Assembly (NCBI GenBank): GCA_032123435.1
Contig: JAQBFJ010000157.1
Span: 1-55,370, forward strand
Source of the DNA: Verrucomicrobiota bacterium
GTDB taxonomy: Bacteria > Verrucomicrobiota > Kiritimatiellia > UBA8416 > JAQBFJ01
DNA: 55,370 bases
Direction: 5' to 3'
Shown here: positions 8,010 through 15,613 of the stretch, piece after piece
How the letters are laid out: each line of letters starts with the position of its first letter
Numbering within the stretch: the stretch's first letter is position 1
Notes under the pieces: model-generated
The model's database searches: none
What the model saw: only the letters and a program-made list of their open reading frames with translations
Told to the model about the DNA's origin: nothing
Position numbers and translations under genes: made by a program

Positions 8010-9063
8010 AATTATTTATTTTCTTCTCACATCCAAACATCTGGGCAATAAGTGCCGCCCTGATCCACATGCCGTTCCTCATTTGCCGCCAATATACCGC
8101 ACGCGGATCATGATCAATTTCGGGTGAGATCTCACTGCGCCTTGGCAAAGGATGCATGATAATCGCATCTTTTTTCATGAGTGCCATCTGTTCAGGACCT
8201 ATTGAATATTTCGAAATGTCTATCCGCGCGCTTTCGCCTTGATTTATGTCCCATTCATCCTGAACACGAGTCATGTAAACAGCGTCCATTGCCGGTATCT
8301 GACCGGTAAAATCATCGCTCAACTCATACTTCACGCCATGTTCCCGGAGCTGATCCTGAATATCCTGTCCTATCTGCAGTTTAGCAGGTGCAACAAAACA
8401 CTGCTCCACATCGTTATACTTGGCTAACAGAATGGATAAAGACCGCACGGTGCGTCCACGCGCCAGATCACCCACAAAAAGAACCCGTTTCCCGTCTATA
8501 CCCCCTCTTTTTTCAAAACTCCGCTGAAGTGTATAAATATCTAATAATGCCTGCGTGGGATGCTGATCTTTTCCAGAACCAGCGTTGATTATCGGAATAG
8601 GTCGTTCGGAGTTCGATAACACCCATGCCATCCTCGTAGCCAGCCCCGATTCCTTCGACCGCATTATTATCATATCAAAATATGAACTGAACGTGCGTAC
8701 CGAATCTTCCTGCGATTCACCCTTGAACTCACTTGATGTAGCTGTATCACGCACATTACCGACATTCATTCCCAGAATTTGACAAGCAGATAAGAAAGAC
8801 AGGAACGTTCTCGTACTCGGCTGGGTAAAATATAACATCGCATGCCTATGCGAAAGCAGCCCTTGTAGAAATTTTGCTCCTTCTTCCTTCTTGGCAATGA
8901 AACGGATTCTCGTCGCGAGACTGCCCAGCTCATCAAGATATCTGCGATCAAACTGCTGGGCTAATAACAGATGGACAGGCCGACCGTTTTCCATGAAACA
9001 TTCCGCCTTTTCCGTCATATCGAGCCGTTCAAACTTTTCCCATGAAATTTCTTTCAGCCGCAT
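7990..9063 (-). CDS. pyrB: Aspartate carbamoyltransferase-like protein (ATCase/OTCase superfamily, ATCase-type HPLPR motif)
   Basis: FTQPSTRTFLSF (carbamoyl-phosphate motif), KGES, HPTQALLDIYTL, FVGDLARGRTVRS, IMHPLPRRSEI, QMRNGMWIRAAL. The start is uncertain: ATG 9063 has a GGGAG SD at good spacing, and ATG 9069 and TTG 9114 are alternatives. Confidence 0.75.
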   Translation of the reverse strand: MRLKEISWEKFERLDMTEKAECFMENGRPVHLLLAQQFDRRYLDELGSLATRIRFIAKKEEGAKFLQGLLSHRHAMLYFTQPSTRTFLSFLSACQILGMNVGNVRDTATSSEFKGESQEDSVRTFSSYFDMIIMRSKESGLATRMAWVLSNSERPIPIINAGSGKDQHPTQALLDIYTLQRSFEKRGGIDGKRVLFVGDLARGRTVRSLSILLAKYNDVEQCFVAPAKLQIGQDIQDQLREHGVKYELSDDFTGQIPAMDAVYMTRVQDEWDINQGESARIDISKYSIGPEQMALMKKDAIIMHPLPRRSEISPEIDHDPRAVYWRQMRNGMWIRAALIAQMFGCEKKINNYAEKHL

Positions 9064-9125
9064 TGCCATTCTCCCATTATCATGACGCAAAAGACCAACC
9101 AGCCCGCAGAGCAATCACAGCTTAT

Positions 9126-10139
9126 CTACGAACCCAGGACCGCTGCAAGTAAAGCCTTTATTGTATGCATTCTGTTCTCAGCTTCATCAAAAGCCCTTGA
9201 AAAAGGTGCTTGAAACACTTCATCCGTCACCTCCAGCGCGCCCGTATCCCTGGTCACTTCTGTTTTATTATCATGGAATGCAGGTAAACAATGAAGAAAA
9301 ATCAGATTGCCGTTTTCCATGTTGCCCGTCTGCTTAATCAGGTTCATGTCCACCTGATAAGGCCGCAAAAGCTTTATTCTCTGCGCCTGTTTCGATTCCT
9401 CGCCCATTGAAAACCATACATCCGTACAAATCACATTGGCACCTGCAACAGCAGTTGAAATATCGCTGTCAACAACGACACTGCCGCCATTTTCAGAAGC
9501 CTTTTTCTGTACGTCTTTTATATCTTCAGAAGCTGGATAAAGTTCCGGCGGCGTGCAATCAACAAAATGCATTCCAGCCTTCGCGCATCCCAGCATCAGT
9601 GACATGGCCACGTTGTTTCTGCCATCACCAACATAAACTGCCTTTAACCCCTTTAACCTGCCGAAATGCTCCTTTATTGTCATCAGATCAGCCAAAGCCT
9701 GCGTCGGATGAGCTTCATCAGTAAGCCCGTTCCAAACCGGCACTCCGGAATATTGAGCCATCTGTTTTACAGTATCCTGCTTGTAACCCCGGAAAAGTAT
9801 CCCGTCGAACATCCGGCCAAGCACCCGGGCAGTATCAGCAACTGATTCCTTCTTCCCGATATGTATTTCGTTTGCGGACAGATATTCCGCATTGCCGCCT
9901 TCATCAGCCACGGCAACAGTCGTTGCACATCTGGTTCTTGTAGACATCTTTTCAAAAATAAGCGCTATGTTGCGTCCACAAAGCAGACTGCCCTTTGCTT
10001 TCATCTGCTTCTTCTTCTTAAGACCAATCGCCAGATCCAGAAGATCCATCATTTCCTTGTCCGAAAGGTCGTTCAAAGTCAGAAGTGACCTGCCTTGCAG
10101 AAAAGCTTCTTTAAATCCATAGTTATCACATGTTTCCAT
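9126..10139 (-). CDS. argF: Ornithine carbamoyltransferase
   Basis: FEKMSTRTRCA, HPTQALADLMTI, YVGDGRNNVAMSL, FLHCLPAFHD. ATG 10139 is preceded by AGGAG at 8 nt. The track start at 10160 lacks an SD. Confidence 0.85.
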   Translation of the reverse strand: METCDNYGFKEAFLQGRSLLTLNDLSDKEMMDLLDLAIGLKKKKQMKAKGSLLCGRNIALIFEKMSTRTRCATTVAVADEGGNAEYLSANEIHIGKKESVADTARVLGRMFDGILFRGYKQDTVKQMAQYSGVPVWNGLTDEAHPTQALADLMTIKEHFGRLKGLKAVYVGDGRNNVAMSLMLGCAKAGMHFVDCTPPELYPASEDIKDVQKKASENGGSVVVDSDISTAVAGANVICTDVWFSMGEESKQAQRIKLLRPYQVDMNLIKQTGNMENGNLIFLHCLPAFHDNKTEVTRDTGALEVTDEVFQAPFSRAFDEAENRMHTIKALLAAVLGS

Positions 10140-10232
10140 CGCACTAGCTCCTGCTACCATTTGTCTTCATAACATGCCCGATATTACAGACCGTTAACTG
10201 ATAAAGGCAAAACAATTCTTTTCCCGCCGTTC

Positions 10233-10261
10233 TTGACTCATAAGTACTTTTCTGAATAACT
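10233..10261 (+). promoter_or_regulatory. Possible sigma70-type promoter (TTGACT, 16-17 nt spacer, AATAAC/ATAACT) that would give a near-leaderless DUF89 mRNA
   Basis: Hexamers read directly. No SD precedes ATG 10269. This is prediction only. Confidence 0.25.
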
Positions 10262-10268
10262 AAGCGTC

Positions 10269-11159
10269 ATGAAAGCCCAGCCAGACTGCATCGCCTGTAT
10301 GTTTAAACAGGCCCTTAATACAATAAGAATACTCACAGACAGCACCGAAACCCAGACCAAGGTCATGCGTTCTCTGGCGCACAGGGTCGCTGATACACTT
10401 TCTCTCAATAAAACACCCGCTGCACTTTCTCAGCCGGTATACGAAATTATAACGGAAATCACCGGCATCGCGGATCCTTACGAAAATATAAAAACCGAAA
10501 CCAACAGGCTTGCGCTTTCTTTACTGCCTGACTTGACTAACCGCGTGCACAATGCGGCCGACCCGCTTGACGCAGCACTCCATGTCGCCGCCGCCGGAAA
10601 CATAATCGATCTGGGAATCGGTCATGAATTCGATATGGAAAAAGACATAGTTCGAATTATGGACCAGCCTTTTACCATAAACGCTATCGAAGATTTCAGG
10701 ACCGAGCTTCGCAGACATAAAAACGTGCTTTATCTGGGCGACAACGCGGGTGAAATAGTGTTCGACACCATTCTCGTCGAACATATTATTAAAATAGGCG
10801 CATCCGTGACGTTCGTCGTGAAGTCAGGTCCGATCATCAATGATGCCACCATTATTGACGCTGAAATCTCTGGAATGACAAAACTAGCGCCCGTAATAGA
10901 AACCGGATCCAGCGATATCGGAATAAACTGGAACAGGGTTTCCCCGGAATTTCGTCAGGCCTTCGAAACTGCCGATATCATAATAGGCAAAGGCCACGGC
11001 AATTTTGAAACATGTAATGAACGTCCTGAAAATATTTATTTCCTGTTGAAAGCCAAATGCGACATGGTAGCACATAATTTAGGCGTGCAATTCGGTGATA
11101 TCGTGTTTAAACATTCTGCGGGACAAAACAGCAAAACCTCTAACCCGCATATTTCATGA
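10269..11159 (+). CDS. DUF89 (ARMT1-like) damage-control phosphatase family protein
   Basis: N-terminal CIAC, LYLGDNAGEIVFD and IIGKGHGNFE motifs typical of DUF89. Confidence 0.8.
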   Translation: MKAQPDCIACMFKQALNTIRILTDSTETQTKVMRSLAHRVADTLSLNKTPAALSQPVYEIITEITGIADPYENIKTETNRLALSLLPDLTNRVHNAADPLDAALHVAAAGNIIDLGIGHEFDMEKDIVRIMDQPFTINAIEDFRTELRRHKNVLYLGDNAGEIVFDTILVEHIIKIGASVTFVVKSGPIINDATIIDAEISGMTKLAPVIETGSSDIGINWNRVSPEFRQAFETADIIIGKGHGNFETCNERPENIYFLLKAKCDMVAHNLGVQFGDIVFKHSAGQNSKTSNPHIS

Positions 11160-11281
11160 AGAATTGCATGCGTGTGTGATAAGACATTGTAAAACAATGG
11201 CTTTGTGCAGTAGTTGAAGATTATTTGGCAAATATAGTTTGTAATATGATTCCAGAAAAGAAAAGAGGCATGCAATTCTTC
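11156..11281. repeat. Perfect 15-bp inverted repeat pair (TGAAGAATTGCATGC ... GCATGCAATTCTTCA) bracketing 96 bp
   Basis: Verified by hand. The left arm contains the DUF89 stop codon. Confidence 0.6.
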
Positions 11282-11302
11282 ACCGGAGGCGAGCCCATGC
11301 CT

Positions 11303-11364
11303 GCCAAGGCCGGCGTTATTGAGGATTCGCGGTATATTCATACAGCTTCGTCCTCAATGCCTTG
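11303..11364. repeat. Bulged 15-bp stem-loop (CCAAGGC-[7 nt]-ATTGAGGA / TCCTCAATGCCTTGG) between convergent genes; no U-tract
   Basis: Verified by hand. Confidence 0.5.
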
Positions 11365-11432
11365 GCCTTGATGGGCCTGAACTCGTGAAATAAACGGGCT
11401 AACTGACAACAAGTTTATAAACGTCATCCTGC

Positions 11433-14400
11433 TTATATTATTAACTTTATTGTCCTGATCTGAAACGGCTTAAATTCAAGAGCCATCTTTCCCGCGCGTA
11501 ATTTCAGCTGTTTTTCCGGCTTTTCCATTAGATCCGTCTCAAACGCTTTTTTAACCGGCAAAGCCGTGTTCAGCGTACAGCGCCCGCGAGAACCATGCGC
11601 CTCATACATGCGAACAATAATACCATCATCGTCTTCAGCTTTTTTAATCGTTTCTATGATCACATTATCGCCCGTAACCGAAAAGAAACTTCCGCTCCGA
11701 CCGGTTTTGTGTTTCGATCGCTTTGGCTCCACAGTCAATACAGGCACATTCAGTTCGTAACCTGATCTCACCACACCGTTCCTGTAATCTCCAACATGGG
11801 GTAGAAGTGAATACGTGAACAGATGCTTCTGACCAGTATCAACGTTTTTACCCGGACTCCGGGACGCGCGAAGCAATGTTAATCGCATTACGTTTCCTTT
11901 TATATCATACCCATATTTGCAGTCATTAAGCATGGCTACGCCATAAGCGCCTTCAGATAAGTCAGCCCATTTTTGGCCCGGCACTTCGAACTTGGCAAAA
12001 TCATGAGGCGTGTTCCAGTGCGTCGGTCTCTGTACATTGCCAAACTGAATTTCGTACCTGGCAGTCTCTGAATGTATATTAACCGGAAACGCCACTTTCA
12101 GCATGACGTCCTTCTCATCACCCCAATCTACGCTTGTTGAAAAATCAATGCGCGCTGAACCGGCAGTGAGTATAACGTCCTGAGTAATAAGCGATTTGCT
12201 GACCGCTCGCTTGATGCGCACGACAGACCGTACCGGTCCGCGTTCAATCACTTCCATTGAAACCAGCTTACCGTCCGATTCCATAAGTCTGTCATTATAA
12301 AAAATTTCTATATCCCATGCTTCGCCGCAAGAAACCGTCTTGTCTTCGAACAGGAGCAATCTGTTCGCGATTGTACCCGGCTCGGTTACGTCCCTCTTTT
12401 CCAATAGATCATATATGCGGGTAATACGGCCTTTTTTATCGAAAAGCACCCGTACATGCCCGTTTTCCATCACACGTTTATCAGCCTTGATAACAGGTTT
12501 TTTCACGACCGATGGCCGTATGTTGAACACGCTGTAGCCTACCGACGGCAACTCAGCCTTGAACCTTGCTTTGCCATCAAAACCCGGCTGGACAGGTGTT
12601 TCCGCTCCCGTTCCGTCAACCGCGACATAACTTTTGTCCTTACGCAACCCTTTAACAGCCACCTCTATGACATCCTGTCTTTCCCATGGAAGCGTGTTAA
12701 AAGCCACAACCGGCTTTCCTGAGCCTGATACGTCCACCGTACCCGCTAATCGCGCCATGCCCTTATCTCTTATTGCTTCAACAATCTTGAACACCTTTTG
12801 ATAGTCACGCTCGGAATCTTTGTATACTTCATCTATTGAACTGCCTGGAATAATGTCATGAAACTGATTCAGTAATATAAGTTTCCACGCTTCATTGAGT
12901 TTCTTCTGTTCCTGTTCAGCGTCCAATCCAATGTTCAGCACCGAAAGCATTTCCGCGTCGCGGAGAAGATATTCCGCTTTACGGTTTGAACGTTTGTTTC
13001 TGGCTCGCGTGGTATATGTACCCCTGTGACATTCCAGGTAAAGTTCACCTATCCATTCAGGCAGATCAGCGGACTCCTTTTCGAGCCGTTTAAAAAACTT
13101 TCCCGGCGACATGGGGTTCAACCTGGGCATACCCTCAAGATCCCGATAACGAAGCATACGTTCCATATGAGCGGTTGTGGGTCCGCCGCCGCCGTCTCCA
13201 TGCCCGTAAAGAATGGCCTGAATATTACTGCGATCCTTTTCCCTGTACGCGCGCGCGCCAAACATCATCTCAAACGCGGCCAGTTCAGAATTATAGGTAC
13301 GGGCAGGCACAAAGTGCGACAGTGTCCTGCTCCCGTCTATACCTTCCCAGTAGAATGAATGGTATGGGAAATCCGTGAACTGGTTCCATGAAATCTTTTG
13401 TGTAAGAAAATATTTTATTCCACTGCGTTTCAGTATCTGCGGGATCGAGGCGGAATAGCCAAACACGTCCGGAATCCATAGACATACCGGTTTATGATTG
13501 AATTCCCGCTCAAAGAATCTTGTGCCGAACAACACCTGGCGCACAAGACTTTCGCCGCTGACAACATTGCAGTCCATTTCAACCCAAGTACAGCCGGCGG
13601 GAACCCATTTCCCCTGTTTAACTTTCTGTTTTATACGCTTGTACAATCCGGGGTACTTGTCGCGCGTAAATTCGTACAGATGCGGCTGGCTCTGACAGAA
13701 TATGTATTCGGGGTACCTCTTCATTAATTCCAAAGCGTTGGAAAATGTGCGCCCGCATTTACGCATCGTCTCAGAAAGCGGCCAGAGCCAGGCGACATCT
13801 ATATGAGCATGACCCATGCAGGCAATGGTTTGTTCCGAAACATTGGCTCTGCAAGAATGAAGCGGATTTACCGTCTTCGACACCTTCCTTGCCGACGCGC
13901 ACCGGACGCTTCTATCTGCGGTTCTGTAATCAAAATTGTCAGTCGCCTTGTTAAGGCCGAAGATTATACGGGCACGCCGCGTATCATCGAAAGGAAGAGT
14001 TCTAACTGATATATTCGTGGGCCAGCCTACACTACGGTCTGCCGGATCCACCATGTCGAACAACGTCTTTACATCCCAATAAGCTTTCCATATATCCTCG
14101 TTAAATACGGCCAGCTTCGGCGCGCGCATGATCTGTCTCTTGAACCCGCCAAACGATTCGGATGCCGCCGCCTCAATAAACAACTCAACACGCTCATTGC
14201 CAACAGCCCTGTCGAAAAGAATATAATCCCTGCGGCTCCAGCTCAAGCCTTGAACCGGCTCACCATCGCGAAATATCAAAGACTCGCCAGTTCCATTTTC
14301 AAACAAAAGAGATATCTTTTCACCCTTGAACGAGGCCGGCACACGAATGCGTAATCGGAACCAGGCACTGCTCCACGGCTTGCCCCATGTCCACCCATCC

Positions 14401-14582
14401 TTCACGGGCTTGTATGACAACTGTTTGGCCTTTTCGAACGATAAATGTTCCATCGTTTCAATTGCCGCAACATCATCTATCGTAACGTGATCAGACCACA
14501 CACAATTTTCTATTTCTTTGATCTGTTTAGCGATCTTATCAACGTAAACTCTTTCCCGTTTTTTCATGCCATTGTCTGCCAT
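11433..14582 (-). CDS. GH38 alpha-mannosidase
   Basis: About 1050 aa. GH38 N-terminal catalytic signature GHAHIDVAWLWP, later QFHDIIPGSSI. ATG 14582 is preceded by AAGGAG at 5 nt. The in-frame ATG at 14600 is the alternative. Confidence 0.9.
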   Translation of the reverse strand: MADNGMKKRERVYVDKIAKQIKEIENCVWSDHVTIDDVAAIETMEHLSFEKAKQLSYKPVKDGWTWGKPWSSAWFRLRIRVPASFKGEKISLLFENGTGESLIFRDGEPVQGLSWSRRDYILFDRAVGNERVELFIEAAASESFGGFKRQIMRAPKLAVFNEDIWKAYWDVKTLFDMVDPADRSVGWPTNISVRTLPFDDTRRARIIFGLNKATDNFDYRTADRSVRCASARKVSKTVNPLHSCRANVSEQTIACMGHAHIDVAWLWPLSETMRKCGRTFSNALELMKRYPEYIFCQSQPHLYEFTRDKYPGLYKRIKQKVKQGKWVPAGCTWVEMDCNVVSGESLVRQVLFGTRFFEREFNHKPVCLWIPDVFGYSASIPQILKRSGIKYFLTQKISWNQFTDFPYHSFYWEGIDGSRTLSHFVPARTYNSELAAFEMMFGARAYREKDRSNIQAILYGHGDGGGGPTTAHMERMLRYRDLEGMPRLNPMSPGKFFKRLEKESADLPEWIGELYLECHRGTYTTRARNKRSNRKAEYLLRDAEMLSVLNIGLDAEQEQKKLNEAWKLILLNQFHDIIPGSSIDEVYKDSERDYQKVFKIVEAIRDKGMARLAGTVDVSGSGKPVVAFNTLPWERQDVIEVAVKGLRKDKSYVAVDGTGAETPVQPGFDGKARFKAELPSVGYSVFNIRPSVVKKPVIKADKRVMENGHVRVLFDKKGRITRIYDLLEKRDVTEPGTIANRLLLFEDKTVSCGEAWDIEIFYNDRLMESDGKLVSMEVIERGPVRSVVRIKRAVSKSLITQDVILTAGSARIDFSTSVDWGDEKDVMLKVAFPVNIHSETARYEIQFGNVQRPTHWNTPHDFAKFEVPGQKWADLSEGAYGVAMLNDCKYGYDIKGNVMRLTLLRASRSPGKNVDTGQKHLFTYSLLPHVGDYRNGVVRSGYELNVPVLTVEPKRSKHKTGRSGSFFSVTGDNVIIETIKKAEDDDGIIVRMYEAHGSRGRCTLNTALPVKKAFETDLMEKPEKQLKLRAGKMALEFKPFQIRTIKLII

Positions 14583-14811
14583 TGCATCTCCTTCTTTCAT
14601 TTTTCCAAAAACGAACCGGGAAACTCAGTCCAATATCTTTATCCATTCACATTGCCTTATCAAGACGAATAGAAAGCTTTTCATTAAAAATAGCGTAAAA
14701 ATGCTTCCAAACAAACCTTTTGAGTCTCGACATTGTCCTTGCGGCCGAATATATTAATATTCTGTTTTGACGTAACAATGGAAGCATGACACAACAGAAC
14801 GAGGAACTATC

Positions 14812-15588
14812 ATGGGCCTCATAAAAATAAATTACGACGTTACTGATGTCGGTCATCATAAACACCTTTATCTCAGTCCGGCCATGTTTCGTACATTCAA
14901 CGTCAGCACACTCGGATTGGGCGATATATCAAAACGCGGCGACCATATGGATGTTCTCGCCGCGATATATGATCTTGAAGAATTCACTTCGTTCTGCAGT
15001 CAAATTGATCCACATCTCGTCGTCCCGAAATATCTGGACCAGATGTTAAACTGGTTATTCGAGGAAATAGCGACAAATTTCACAAAGGAATACCACCAGG
15101 ATAAAGTAATCCTTTGGGGTAAATTCCCGTTTTTTACAAAGTTTCTGGGCGACGGTATAATGTTCCTGTGGGACACAAAAGGGCTTGGACCGGCATCTCT
15201 GGGCAATATAGTCATCAACCTTTATAAAGTCTGCTCCGGCTATACGGCTAATTTTCTGCCCGATGTTAAACACGATTTCGTTGACGCACCGCCCAAACTG
15301 CGCTGTGGTATTGCCAGGGGCGAAGTCACCGTGATAGGAGGCGGCAAGGATTTTGTAGGGCCCTGCATCAATGAAGCGGCCCGCCTACAGAAGGTCAGTC
15401 AGCTTTCATTCGCGTTCGCGAGGAAAGGGTTCGATCCCAGAGATTGTTTCAGCGATACATGGCAGGCTGAATTCATGCTTAAAAGAATATCAATCAGAGG
15501 CATAGCGAAAGACGAGCTGGTCATGATCTGCAGAAAGGAATTCGAACAACTTCCGGATTCCGAGAAACACTTATTTAAAGAGCCATAA
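14812..15588 (+). CDS. Stand-alone class III nucleotidyl (adenylate/guanylate-type) cyclase homology domain protein
   Basis: Ordered cyclase motifs: VLAAIYDLEEFTSF (first metal Asp, D...FT), KFLGDGIMFLW (second metal Asp), RCGIARGEVTVIGG, FVGPCINEAARLQ. No TM, sensor or receiver domain. GAGGA SD 6 nt upstream. Confidence 0.75.
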   Translation: MGLIKINYDVTDVGHHKHLYLSPAMFRTFNVSTLGLGDISKRGDHMDVLAAIYDLEEFTSFCSQIDPHLVVPKYLDQMLNWLFEEIATNFTKEYHQDKVILWGKFPFFTKFLGDGIMFLWDTKGLGPASLGNIVINLYKVCSGYTANFLPDVKHDFVDAPPKLRCGIARGEVTVIGGGKDFVGPCINEAARLQKVSQLSFAFARKGFDPRDCFSDTWQAEFMLKRISIRGIAKDELVMICRKEFEQLPDSEKHLFKEP

Positions 15589-15613
15589 TTAAACTTAAAC
15601 CCGACAAAAATCT

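Noticed and set aside
14812-15588. Calling the cyclase a Pycsar PycC defence cyclase.
   Set aside because: Pycsar requires an adjacent effector with a cNMP-binding domain fused to TM or TIR modules. The downstream protein has neither, and no such gene is nearby. It is kept as an unclassified cyclase module instead.
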